This document shows positions 1 through 8,838 of a DNA stretch of 64,000 nucleotides, piece after piece. The stretch's first letter is position 1. Each line of letters opens with the position of its first letter. Made by a program: the position numbers and the translations under genes. Source of the DNA: a virus (Duplodnaviria > Heunggongvirae > Uroviricota > Caudoviricetes); IMG/VR virus record IMGVR_UViG_3300042914_002848. One strand, written 5' to 3'. Under the pieces are notes generated by a model that ran no database searches, had not been told where the DNA came from, and saw only the letters and a list, made by a program, of their open reading frames with translations.

Positions 1-110
1 TACGTTGTTCTTCGGTTAATTTGGTTATTGATTCAATATCATTATAACCATAAGTTTTATCTGCACTTCCGCAGATTGATAGTAGTTTTTCTGTTAAATT
101 TGATTTCATA
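1..110 (-). CDS. hypothetical protein (N-terminal part; gene continues past the window's left edge)
   Basis: Minus-strand ATG at 108-110 opens a frame (MKSNLTEKLLSICGSADKTYGYNDIESITKLTEEQR...) that stays open to position 1. Confidence 0.35.
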
Positions 111-140
111 ATTTATTTTTTTTTAATTGATGGGTGTGAT

Positions 141-782
141 TTAAGATAACTCAAATGCTTCAATAGTTAATTCAAACGGATTATCTTCCAACTTTTTTAC
201 TTCATCTAACATCATTTGAGCCAATTCTCTTACCTCCAACTGCGCATGTTCACTATTTCTCAACTTTTGGAAATGATAAAATGAACGCCAATTAAACATA
301 ACATCCATACTAATTTGAGAGTTCATAGTTTTGAAAAACCTTGCACTCTCTTTTGCTCTTTTTCTACCTAATATGGGTGTGAGTTCTTCTAAACATTCAT
401 GATATAATCTATTACAATCATCGGTATTTTCTTTTAGTATCTTGGCCCAGTCTCTTACTACAGGGCTGTCGTGTGTAAACCAATCATCTGGAATGTAGGT
501 TTTATCTTCTTTTAGTTCTTTGTAACGGGCACTCTCCCCATTAATTGAAACACCAATGCGATGCTTGAGTAAGTGGATATGAGTTGCCTGGTCTACTGTA
601 ACAAGAAAATGAAGAGACGATTTTTCAAATGGTGTATGGTGTCCTTCACTTGCGAGCATCTTTAACAACTTACCAACTCTACCGATTTTTTCTTCAGTTA
701 AATCTCGTGATGTAGATGTCCATGCGGATTGGGCATGAACTAAATCCGAACCATAATATCCTAATAATTCTATTTTATTCAT
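141..782 (-). CDS. thyX: FAD-dependent thymidylate synthase ThyX
   Basis: 213 aa. ThyX signature KHRIGVSINGESARY matches RHRxxSxxxxSxR. Size and context fit a phage nucleotide-metabolism gene. Confidence 0.85.
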   Translation of the reverse strand: MNKIELLGYYGSDLVHAQSAWTSTSRDLTEEKIGRVGKLLKMLASEGHHTPFEKSSLHFLVTVDQATHIHLLKHRIGVSINGESARYKELKEDKTYIPDDWFTHDSPVVRDWAKILKENTDDCNRLYHECLEELTPILGRKRAKESARFFKTMNSQISMDVMFNWRSFYHFQKLRNSEHAQLEVRELAQMMLDEVKKLEDNPFELTIEAFELS

Positions 783-1305
783 AACTTTCTATTGTTTCGT
801 TGTTATAAGTTATTGTGATTAGTTTGGTTGGGATACTAGGATCTTTAGATTTAACTGTACCAATACTATAATTAGTATCCACTTTACCCACACCCCTTCT
901 TATATTATATAATATATTCAATTCACTTTTACTCAACTCTCTTTCCTCAATCTTTAATCCCCACCTTTCAGAGAACCCAGGTTGTGTTTTAGATTCAATA
1001 ATAAATTCATCTCTATTACACATACGACCCATAATACTTTTCCCGTCAGGTGATATTTCTACTTTACACCATCTGGTTTCCATAAAGTTTGTGGTCATAT
1101 AATTGTAGTAATTCTCATACGCCTCATCAATCATCTGATTGTAAATGTTTACCTCATCCCATTCTTTATGTTCATTATCACCAACTAGTTTATAGTATTT
1201 ACCTTCATATTCCCAGATACTATCCCAATTTTCTTTTAATCTTGGATTATCTGGATATGCTCTACCTGATTGGTCATAATTTAATTTACCCTTTTTAATT
1301 TTCAT
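775..1305 (-). CDS. hypothetical protein, tandem paralog A
   Basis: 176 aa. Shares QMIDEAYENY and FSERWGL(K/L)I(E/K)E blocks with the next ORF. Confidence 0.6.
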   Translation of the reverse strand: MKIKKGKLNYDQSGRAYPDNPRLKENWDSIWEYEGKYYKLVGDNEHKEWDEVNIYNQMIDEAYENYYNYMTTNFMETRWCKVEISPDGKSIMGRMCNRDEFIIESKTQPGFSERWGLKIEERELSKSELNILYNIRRGVGKVDTNYSIGTVKSKDPSIPTKLITITYNNETIESYE

Positions 1306-1621
1306 AAACTTCTATTATTTCGTTTTTATAAACAACAATCAATTTATTTTTTCTTTTTGGTTTTGTAATTATAACATCACCAAAATCTTCTGTATGTGGA
1401 ATCAAGTCGTAAGTTTCTTTTATTAACAATCCCCACCTTTCAGAGAACTTTGAATCAGTTTTACATTTGTCAATGAATTCTTCTTTTGTGTAGGGGATAG
1501 GTATATTCATTTTACCAATAGGAGTATCAACTTCCTCTTGTTTTAACCATTTAATATCACCACCTTTTAAGTAGTTCTCATACGCCTCATCAATCATCTG
1601 ATTCATTTTTTCGTTATTCAT
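1295..1621 (-). CDS. hypothetical protein, tandem paralog B
   Basis: 108 aa. Carries the same MIDEAYENY and FSERWGL motifs as 775..1305. Confidence 0.6.
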   Translation of the reverse strand: MNNEKMNQMIDEAYENYLKGGDIKWLKQEEVDTPIGKMNIPIPYTKEEFIDKCKTDSKFSERWGLLIKETYDLIPHTEDFGDVIITKPKRKNKLIVVYKNEIIEVYEN

Positions 1622-1622
1622 C

Positions 1623-1814
1623 TTATAAATCTTGATTTAACTCTTTGAGTTTATTTCCCAACTCTAAAAGAGCATGTTCGGTCCAATAACCCTTCTCATC
1701 TTCGGGTTCAAAATAGTAAAACCCATCAATATCAGGTACAAAATGTCCTATCAATTTATTACTATGTGGGACAGTGATTTTGTAAATGTTATTTATTATT
1801 TCGTAGTTTAACAT
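1623..1814 (-). CDS. hypothetical protein
   Basis: 63-aa ORF packed directly against the neighbouring genes. Confidence 0.45.
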   Translation of the reverse strand: MLNYEIINNIYKITVPHSNKLIGHFVPDIDGFYYFEPEDEKGYWTEHALLELGNKLKELNQDL

Positions 1815-1822
1815 TGATTTTA

Positions 1823-2425
1823 TTAATTCGTAAAGTTTACGGTTAAATTAGGATTACCAAGAAAATCAGGTTTTTTGTAATACTCCCATACTTCATCTAA
1901 TTGTTTTGGGTCTTTCACCCACATAATCCAATCAGCTTTTTTAATTTCTTCCTCCAACACATCAATGTAAAATGTTTTTGGTATAAATGGAAATCCTTTG
2001 ATTTCCAAAGAACTATGAAATCGGTTTGTATTGTTGATAGCATCTTCTCGAGTCATATAAATAGGTCCCGACCAAGTTGTTCCATTAGGACATCTTTTAA
2101 TAATAGCGTCATTATATGTAACCCTCCCATCGCTATCCTTAAACAATCCACTTTCTCTTTTATTTTGATACCAGGGTTCACCTGCTATATCTCTAATATC
2201 TCCCCACTCTTCATCTTTTCCTGTAATAGGCCCCAGTGGTTCGTAATTAGCTAATTTGTGAAATAAGGATGCTACAATCGGTGCTGAACCACCTGAGTGT
2301 CCTTGTTTTGCGAAGACTTCCATTAATTCCATAACCGCCTCCCCAATGGCTCCTGCGTAGTCAGAATCTTCATCAAAGAAGCCTGCTAATTCTAATTCAA
2401 ATTTTGCGTGTGATGTTGTGCTCAT
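1823..2425 (-). CDS. hypothetical protein
   Basis: 200-aa ORF; no motif recognised. Confidence 0.55.
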   Translation of the reverse strand: MSTTSHAKFELELAGFFDEDSDYAGAIGEAVMELMEVFAKQGHSGGSAPIVASLFHKLANYEPLGPITGKDEEWGDIRDIAGEPWYQNKRESGLFKDSDGRVTYNDAIIKRCPNGTTWSGPIYMTREDAINNTNRFHSSLEIKGFPFIPKTFYIDVLEEEIKKADWIMWVKDPKQLDEVWEYYKKPDFLGNPNLTVNFTN

Positions 2426-2585
2426 AAATTTCTATGTTTTAAATGTTTTTTCCAAATGTTTACTACCGCTTCTGCTCTTGGGCCTTTTAGTTTTGACCAA
2501 CGATTAATCCAGTGTTGTATTTCTTCTTTATCAATAAGTTTGTTCATCTTGATAATTTGTTGTTTATAGTTTTACAACCTATTAA

Positions 2586-2960
2586 TTAATCAATTTTTGA
2601 TTTAAACCCATCAATCAATAGAGATGCTGTTGCATAATTTGTAGCAAGTGGTACATTGTAAACATTACACACTCTCAATAACATATTGACATCTACTATG
2701 TGTGGGTGAACTGCTAATGGGTCTACAAAGAAAACAACCCCATCTATCTTTCCATCTGCTATCATTGCTGCTATTTGTGCATCACCACCCAATGGACCTG
2801 ATTTTTTCTTTTCAACTTTAATTCCGGCATGCTCTATATGAGTACCCGTTGTACCTGTTGCAATGATTCTTTGGTTTTTGAAGAAATCTAATCTCTTCAT
2901 TATAAAAGCCACCATATCGGCTTTTTTACCATCGTGTGCTATAACTGCGATATTAAACAT
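2586..2960 (-). CDS. mgsA: methylglyoxal synthase
   Basis: 124 aa, collinear with MgsA. Matching blocks: IAVIAHDGKK, ATGTTG, SGPLGGDAQIAAMIADGKIDGVVFFVDPL, HPHIVDVNMLLRVCNVYNVPLATNYATA. Confidence 0.85.
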   Translation of the reverse strand: MFNIAVIAHDGKKADMVAFIMKRLDFFKNQRIIATGTTGTHIEHAGIKVEKKKSGPLGGDAQIAAMIADGKIDGVVFFVDPLAVHPHIVDVNMLLRVCNVYNVPLATNYATASLLIDGFKSKID

Positions 2961-2962
2961 AT

Positions 2963-2994
2963 GTAAATATACAAAATTTATTCCATATTTACAA
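2963..2994 (-). promoter_or_regulatory. conserved phage promoter element (Bacteroidetes-type; variant with TTG upstream box) abutting the mgsA start codon
   Basis: Reads TTGTAAATATGGAATAAATTTTGTATATTTACAT|ATG on the minus strand. Member of an 11-copy family. Confidence 0.5.
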
Positions 2995-3259
2995 TACTTT
3001 CAATAATTTTTTTTACATTTTTTGAGTGAATTTTTACTTTGATAACGCCCTCACCATCAACTTTAATTCCATCCATCAATACATTTTTAAGTTTGGACAA
3101 TTCATCATCAGTTATTTTATTTTCAACGGGTATTAATTCTACATTCAATTCCAAAGCCTGCTCCTTTTGTGAAAAATAATATTTGGAGTTACTAAACCAT
3201 ATAAATTTATTAGGGGTCAATAATCCTTTCAAAAAGGAAATAAACTTGACCGGACTCAT
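2978..3259 (-). CDS. hypothetical protein
   Basis: 93-aa ORF. Confidence 0.45.
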   Translation of the reverse strand: MSPVKFISFLKGLLTPNKFIWFSNSKYYFSQKEQALELNVELIPVENKITDDELSKLKNVLMDGIKVDGEGVIKVKIHSKNVKKIIESIVNME

Positions 3260-3276
3260 AACTACAATACTCCATA

Positions 3277-3471
3277 TTAAGTACCTACTTCTACCTCTTG
3301 AACACGATACTTTCTACCAGTTGTATCTAACTGAGTAGCCTGTTGAGCAAAATCTTCTGCTTCTTCTAATGTATCAAATTCATCTACCATATCATCCGCA
3401 TCCAATTTTGCTACCCAAATCTTTGGAGTGCTTGCAAGTAATTGTTTGTAAACTCTAAATTTTGTTGCCAT
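3277..3471 (-). CDS. hypothetical protein
   Basis: 64-aa acidic ORF. Confidence 0.45.
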   Translation of the reverse strand: MATKFRVYKQLLASTPKIWVAKLDADDMVDEFDTLEEAEDFAQQATQLDTTGRKYRVQEVEVGT

Positions 3472-3482
3472 TTTACCCCTTT

Positions 3483-3827
3483 TTAGAAATCATCCCCATC
3501 TCGAACAGAATTCCACACAATAGCGTGACCTGAAGATTGTGTTATTTGTAGTATTGGACCATAAATAGGGGTGCCTGGATTAAAAGTTAATCCAGTACTA
3601 GTACCAACACCAATAAACCCACCATTTGCGACAGGATTAATACCATCCGTTTTCATTCTAATAACAGCAACCGATGCCTGTATTGGATAGTAGCAATACG
3701 CAGTTGATACAATGGTACGATTATTAATAGAGCCTGATGGAACTGAAAAACTCATACTCACAGAGCCTGATAGATATGTTCCCCCACCTAAACCAAATTC
3801 ACTTTTTAATGGATGTATTTGAGCCAT
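3483..3827 (-). CDS. hypothetical Gly/Ser-rich protein
   Basis: 114-aa ORF. Confidence 0.45.
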   Translation of the reverse strand: MAQIHPLKSEFGLGGGTYLSGSVSMSFSVPSGSINNRTIVSTAYCYYPIQASVAVIRMKTDGINPVANGGFIGVGTSTGLTFNPGTPIYGPILQITQSSGHAIVWNSVRDGDDF

Positions 3828-3845
3828 TATTTTCTCCTTTTTATT

Positions 3846-4604
3846 TTATAAACCACTCTTTTTCAATGCTCTTGCAGTCTCAACCCACTTTTTACCAATA
3901 GGGTTATACACAGGCCTTCTCATAAATTCATTTACAGCTTTTTGAACTGCGGATGGTGGTGGACCATAAGTTGTATTATCAATTATTCTATAATCTTTTG
4001 CACCAAATAGGGTTTGAAACTTACCCATGTTCTCTTGACAATCCTTCCAAATAGATGTTACTAACTCATCTGATAGTGTTCTATCTCTACCACGATTTCT
4101 TTCCTTAGCAACCTCCAATGATGTATTTACAAACACCATCATACAATCGTATCCCAACGATTCAGCGTGTTGTTTTTGTTTTTTAATTTTTGCAAAATCA
4201 TCACCCGTCCCATCTATAATCAAACCTAAACGGCCTGCTTCATAGAAATCTCGTTGGGCTTTAGTTATCTGCTTTGCTCTATCCCTAATACCATTAGGAA
4301 CTTCCGTAATTTTCTTCCATAATTCAGGCTCTTCTTTTTCAATTCTACCCAAATCTTTTGGATTAATACCATTTTTCTTTAATTGTGCTTCAAACGCAGT
4401 ATCGGAGTTAATTACTTTTAATCCAGATTGAGCAAAACTTGCTTTGAATCTTCTATCAATACCAAATATTTCTTCTGATGTGAAACTTTTCCCTGAACCA
4501 GGACCCCCTGCCATAAATATACACTTTAATATACCAGGGTCATCAACACCTTCTATAAGGTAATTATTCTGAATAATTTTATTAAGTATTTCTTTTAATT
4601 TCAT
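3846..4604 (-). CDS. P-loop NTPase, kinase-like (AAA_33 / zeta-toxin-like fold)
   Basis: Walker A motif FMAGGPGSGKSF near the N-terminus; 252 aa. Candidate nucleotide or polynucleotide kinase. Confidence 0.55.
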   Translation of the reverse strand: MKLKEILNKIIQNNYLIEGVDDPGILKCIFMAGGPGSGKSFTSEEIFGIDRRFKASFAQSGLKVINSDTAFEAQLKKNGINPKDLGRIEKEEPELWKKITEVPNGIRDRAKQITKAQRDFYEAGRLGLIIDGTGDDFAKIKKQKQHAESLGYDCMMVFVNTSLEVAKERNRGRDRTLSDELVTSIWKDCQENMGKFQTLFGAKDYRIIDNTTYGPPPSAVQKAVNEFMRRPVYNPIGKKWVETARALKKSGL

Positions 4605-4627
4605 TATTATACTCCCAATATAAATAG

Positions 4628-4864
4628 TTATTTTTTTGTTTTAAATGAGTTTGAAATACCCTTAAAAAACCCAACAACAAATCCGGCAATTAATGAAATT
4701 AAAAATATTGGCGCAAGGATTGGCCACATGAAAGGCCATCCAATGATAGCACCATCACTTAAAGTGAATTTTTCATCAATAAACCTAAGTGAGTATAATA
4801 TAGGAGAAAATATTAAATACCCCAATAGATATATCTGAATATATTCGTGTATCATTTCCAACAC
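4628..4864 (-). CDS. small membrane protein
   Basis: 78 aa with two hydrophobic helices. Confidence 0.45.
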   Translation of the reverse strand: MLEMIHEYIQIYLLGYLIFSPILYSLRFIDEKFTLSDGAIIGWPFMWPILAPIFLISLIAGFVVGFFKGISNSFKTKK

Positions 4865-5100
4865 CTCCTAAGAACTTCAATCAAATCCTTTAAATCAGTT
4901 TCATTTTTTATTTTGAATTCATTTGATTCAAAGAAATAACAATACCAAGTATCATCTTTGATTTCATCGCTTGATGATGTTATCAAACACAAATCACCGA
5001 TATCCAATGTATAATAGTGCCAATCGGTAGGAGCACCGGATTCTTCTGCAGTTACAACTGTTTTTTCAAATCCAAGTTCTAAAAATATTTGTTCTCTCAT
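4852..5100 (-). CDS. hypothetical protein
   Basis: 82-aa ORF. Confidence 0.45.
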   Translation of the reverse strand: MREQIFLELGFEKTVVTAEESGAPTDWHYYTLDIGDLCLITSSSDEIKDDTWYCYFFESNEFKIKNETDLKDLIEVLRRCWK

Positions 5101-5102
5101 TA

Positions 5103-5387
5103 TTATAATTTTTTAAATTTAGGACTACAACCCAAATAGATTGAGTTTTTGAATGGTGTTACTCTATGGGTTTTAATTTTATGTTTCTTAATAACTTCAT
5201 CTACGATTTCAGAAAATTCATATTCACAAATTTCATGTGCCATAAAATCAATTACCTTTTGCCCATTTTCATCTATGGAGGCGTTATTCATTAATTCATC
5301 AAAATCGGCTGATGGGGTGGATGCTTTATATAGTTTCCTATAGCATTCCCTCATTGCTTCTATTTCTTTTGTTGTTGCGTTCATCAC
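5103..5387 (-). CDS. hypothetical protein
   Basis: 94-aa ORF. Its first 10 codons lie inside the 57-bp direct repeat. Confidence 0.5.
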   Translation of the reverse strand: MMNATTKEIEAMRECYRKLYKASTPSADFDELMNNASIDENGQKVIDFMAHEICEYEFSEIVDEVIKKHKIKTHRVTPFKNSIYLGCSPKFKKL

Positions 5388-5414
5388 AATTTTTCTACTT
5401 TAAGTTCACCATCA
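5358..5414. repeat. 57-bp direct repeat, copy 1 (spans the GS 3' end and the 5103..5387 gene's 5' end)
   Basis: Differs from 6435..6491 at 2 of 57 positions. Confidence 0.85.
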
Positions 5415-6409
5415 ATTTGTTTTAAGGCATCCGAAATAACTTTAACAATCTTATACGGGTCTGCATTTGAAGCAGGCCTTCTATCCTCAATATATCCCTT
5501 CCACTTCAATGATGTTTGAATGGGAACTCTTAAAGATGCACCTCTATCAGAAACACCCCAACTAAACTTATGTATGGATTGGGTTTCATGCTTACCTGTT
5601 AATCGTTGTTCATTAGATGAACCATAATTTTCAATATGTAAAGTGTGTCTACTTTCAAAAACATTGAATATTTTAGAAAAGTATTCCATTCCCCCAATTT
5701 CTCTCATTATGTGGTTTGAAAAATTACAATGTAATCCACTACCATTCCAATCACCCATAACAGGTTTTGGGTGAAACTCAATTTTATATCCCCACTTTTC
5801 GGATAACCTTTGTAAGATATATCGTGATATCCACAAGTCATCTGCAGCAGATTTTGATGAGGTATTGAATATCTGATATTCCCACTGTCCCAAAAGTACT
5901 TCTGCGTTGGTGCCTGTTATTGATAATCCAGTATTTAAGCAAATTTCAAGATGTTCATCTACGAATTTTCTACCACTTACATGCCCATCACCCACACCAC
6001 AATAATACATACCCTGTGGTGGTGGAAATCCATTTATTGGAAACCCAATCGGTCTACCATCTTTTAAAATAGTATATTCCTGCTCAAATCCATACCATAC
6101 ATTATCATAATCAGGTAATATGTGTCTAATATTACTTTCGTGTGGTGTCCCATCAGGATTCATAACCTCACACAAAACAAAATAACTTACATATGACCCC
6201 CCATCCATAGAATTTTGGTATAAAGCAACAGGTTTAAGTATTCTGTCAGAATAATGCCCTTCGGCCTGTTTTGTGGATGAACCATCGAATGACCACTCTG
6301 GGCAATCAGATAGGGTTATAGAATCTTTTTTGGATAATATTTTAACTTTACTTCTTAGGTTTGGTTCGGGTGTATATCCATCCAACCAAATGTATTCTAA
6401 TTTTATCAT
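5384..6409 (-). CDS. glnII: glutamine synthetase, type II (eukaryote-like GSII) homolog
   Basis: 341 aa, collinear with GSII. Matching blocks: EYIWLDG, GMYYCGVG, NAEVLLGQWEYQIF, HCNFS, RLTGKHETQSIHKFSWGVSDRGASLRVP, GYIEDRRPASNADPY. Confidence 0.8.
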   Translation of the reverse strand: MIKLEYIWLDGYTPEPNLRSKVKILSKKDSITLSDCPEWSFDGSSTKQAEGHYSDRILKPVALYQNSMDGGSYVSYFVLCEVMNPDGTPHESNIRHILPDYDNVWYGFEQEYTILKDGRPIGFPINGFPPPQGMYYCGVGDGHVSGRKFVDEHLEICLNTGLSITGTNAEVLLGQWEYQIFNTSSKSAADDLWISRYILQRLSEKWGYKIEFHPKPVMGDWNGSGLHCNFSNHIMREIGGMEYFSKIFNVFESRHTLHIENYGSSNEQRLTGKHETQSIHKFSWGVSDRGASLRVPIQTSLKWKGYIEDRRPASNADPYKIVKVISDALKQIDGELKVEKL

Positions 6410-6434
6410 ATTAATCTTTTAATTTATTATATAT

Positions 6435-6491
6435 TTCTATTTCTTTTGTTGTTGCGTTCATCACAATTTTCCAACTTTAAGTTCACCATCA
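6435..6491. repeat. 57-bp direct repeat, copy 2 (spans the phosphatase 3' end and a truncated 16-codon copy of the 5103 gene's start)
   Basis: See copy 1. It encodes the shared C-terminal tail DGELKV(E/G)KL. Confidence 0.85.
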
Positions 6492-7180
6492 TATATTAAA
6501 TATTCTTTTGAAGGTAAAGCATCAATCATATAGTATTTACCCCCCATTGATTTATCTGTTGATTTAATATCAATAGATTCAACTCCGGTGTGACCTACAA
6601 TTTGGATGAACCTACCTTTAATAGAATCTTTTCCTCTTTTTTTATTTGACCATAACAAAGATCGTGGACGAATCCAAATTGGTGATTGAACTACATCATC
6701 ACCATAGGGGTCCCACCCATTAAATTTAAAAATAGATGGGGTGTATGTGAATGTTTCATTTAATTTCTCAACCAAATTATCACAATTCCACATATTTCTA
6801 AACCACCTATCCATAAATACTGAAGATACACCTGCGTGTGTGCATAGGAACTTATCAAACGAATATGCCATTTGAAGATGTTCCATATTTTCTTTCAGCA
6901 CCATTTCTATATCAAATTTAAGAGCAGGTTGAAAACCACTATAAGTTTGACCAACATTCATATAATGAAAGTCGTGATTACCTACTAATAGGATAACCTC
7001 TTTACCGCTTGTTTTTTTATATTCAATTATTTCTTTGAAATTATGAATTTGGTCTATGCCAGGTATATCAAAAGAATCAAAGTAATCTCCAATAAAGATA
7101 ACCCTATCAGCGTTTTCTTTTGCTACAATGTCCTTCCAAATTGGACGGCCATGTATATCTCCAATAAATATTGTTTTCAT
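6461..7180 (-). CDS. PPP-family metallophosphatase (lambda Ser/Thr phosphatase-like)
   Basis: Contains GDIHG, GDYFD and GNHDF metallophosphoesterase motifs. Start set at MKTIFIGDIHG, directly downstream of a promoter element. Confidence 0.75.
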   Translation of the reverse strand: MKTIFIGDIHGRPIWKDIVAKENADRVIFIGDYFDSFDIPGIDQIHNFKEIIEYKKTSGKEVILLVGNHDFHYMNVGQTYSGFQPALKFDIEMVLKENMEHLQMAYSFDKFLCTHAGVSSVFMDRWFRNMWNCDNLVEKLNETFTYTPSIFKFNGWDPYGDDVVQSPIWIRPRSLLWSNKKRGKDSIKGRFIQIVGHTGVESIDIKSTDKSMGGKYYMIDALPSKEYLIYDGELKVGKL

Positions 7181-7183
7181 ACT

Positions 7184-7216
7184 TAAATATACGAATAAGT
7201 TTTTATATTTCCAAAT
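7184..7216 (-). promoter_or_regulatory. conserved phage promoter element (TTTGGAAA, 20 nt, TATATTTA)
   Basis: Identical over 33 bp to 7619..7651. Matches the Bacteroidetes -33 TTTG / -7 TAnnTTTG architecture. Confidence 0.6.
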
Positions 7217-7293
7217 ATTACTTACACAAATACAACATAATCCCGGTGGATAGGTGAAGTAAAATGGGACAAATGGGCGAGTTATACACAATA

Positions 7294-7605
7294 CTAAGAT
7301 TGTGGCTCAAATTCAGATTTCAATTTAAGGTAATTTTCATACCTACGTTTTCTCAATTCTTCTTTAATGTATTCATTATCAGAAATTCGTTTTTGATATT
7401 CTTCGTCAGTTTCTTCTCGTTCTCGAATAACAACTAATTCAGTGTAGGCATCGTAAGAATTGTTTTTACTATAAAAACTTTCTTCTCTACGAATATCAAT
7501 AATATCATTTTCTTGAATGTCTTTCGGTAAATCAGAAAAACGAATTTCTTGAAAATTACCTTTGAAATCTTTAGTGTAGATTTCTTCTTTTACTTTCTGT
7601 TTCAT
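7294..7605 (-). CDS. hypothetical protein
   Basis: 103-aa charged ORF. Confidence 0.5.
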   Translation of the reverse strand: MKQKVKEEIYTKDFKGNFQEIRFSDLPKDIQENDIIDIRREESFYSKNNSYDAYTELVVIREREETDEEYQKRISDNEYIKEELRKRRYENYLKLKSEFEPQS

Positions 7606-7618
7606 ATTATTTATTTTG

Positions 7619-7651
7619 TAAATATACGAATAAGTTTTTATATTTCCAAAT
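7619..7651 (-). promoter_or_regulatory. conserved phage promoter element
   Basis: Exact 33-bp copy of 7184..7216, sitting 14 nt upstream of the ATG at 7605. Confidence 0.6.
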
Positions 7652-8158
7652 TTAATCCCACCAAGTCTTTAATCCTGTTTCCTTATCTTTTATGATATTA
7701 CAAAATTCTTCCCATTCCTTTTCATCCAATTCAGCAGAATATAAAAATACCTTGCTATTGTGTTCCCTCTCTTCATCGGTTAATTTATCTTCATAAGTAA
7801 ATAAATCCGGATTACCATCCAATGGAATAAAATCACCATCTTTATCAATTAACTTACCATACTTTTCTTCAGCCATATCCATATAAACATAATCATTCAA
7901 TTGGTTTTTTAGGATTTGACTTGCTCTTTCCATTTTAGCAATTTTAGGGATGCGAGTAGAAATGACTTCATTACTTTTGGCTAAAGTTCTATTCCCCATA
8001 TGCTCAATAGCTATCTGCATGAATTGCAATAGAGTGTAGTAATCCCACCATCTAAATTGATATAGTGGTTTTCTAAACCTCCAAATGTTTTTGAAAAAGT
8101 TTATTAGACATTTTACCTGATAGATAAATTCGGTGTAGTAATATTTAAGGCTGTTCAT
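7652..8158 (-). CDS. hypothetical protein
   Basis: 168-aa ORF. Confidence 0.5.
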   Translation of the reverse strand: MNSLKYYYTEFIYQVKCLINFFKNIWRFRKPLYQFRWWDYYTLLQFMQIAIEHMGNRTLAKSNEVISTRIPKIAKMERASQILKNQLNDYVYMDMAEEKYGKLIDKDGDFIPLDGNPDLFTYEDKLTDEEREHNSKVFLYSAELDEKEWEEFCNIIKDKETGLKTWWD

Positions 8159-8543
8159 AATCTGACATTAATTTATTTAGTAAATCGTTTCGTTCCTCAT
8201 CTGTCATAATTTGATATTTTGAGAGGTAGTAATCATTTACTTTATTTTCTTCCAAATATTGATGTAATTCTTCTATGGTTCTACATAGTTCATTCCCATC
8301 TTTATCTGTCATTGTCAAATCGGTTCGTTTCCCAAAATTCTTTTCATAACACCACCAATCGAATGTATCTATACCTTCCATACCATAAATTGAACCAATC
8401 AACATAGTGATAACACTTTCATATGAGCCTGTAAAATTTATATGGTCAATACCTGCTTCATATGCTTTATCTAATTTTTGTTGTTGTTCTTTAAGTTCAA
8501 AAATAATTCTTTCAAATACTTCCGGTCTTATGCTGTAATCCAT
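8145..8543 (-). CDS. hypothetical protein
   Basis: 132-aa ORF. Confidence 0.5.
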   Translation of the reverse strand: MDYSIRPEVFERIIFELKEQQQKLDKAYEAGIDHINFTGSYESVITMLIGSIYGMEGIDTFDWWCYEKNFGKRTDLTMTDKDGNELCRTIEELHQYLEENKVNDYYLSKYQIMTDEERNDLLNKLMSDYEQP

Positions 8544-8833
8544 TGTGTTTTGTTTTTAAATTGAATACTTTCATTTCCATCATATTCTTCAATAGTGAAT
8601 TCTTCACCTTCATCTACCCATACTACTTCTAAATCTTCAACCCCTCCCGTATAAAGCTTCGAATAAGTATTTCTAACATACTCGTTTGCACTATCATAAT
8701 CTTGTGATTCAACCAACTCTACTAACTTCGGGTCAAATATTGCTTCAAGAGGAGCACCCCAAGTATAAAATCCAGCTCCAAATCCATATGAAATAAGAAC
8801 TGCTACCTTACCATCTCTAATTACTTTGTTCAT
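8528..8833 (-). CDS. hypothetical protein
   Basis: 101-aa ORF. Confidence 0.5.
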   Translation of the reverse strand: MNKVIRDGKVAVLISYGFGAGFYTWGAPLEAIFDPKLVELVESQDYDSANEYVRNTYSKLYTGGVEDLEVVWVDEGEEFTIEEYDGNESIQFKNKTQWITA

Positions 8834-8838
8834 AACTT

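Noticed and set aside
5384-6409. GS-like gene as a bacterial-contamination artefact
   Set aside because: It has the same strand, spacing and compositional character as its neighbours, and its 3' end is fused in-frame to a phage-specific repeat shared with the adjacent phosphatase gene. It is therefore genuinely part of this genome.
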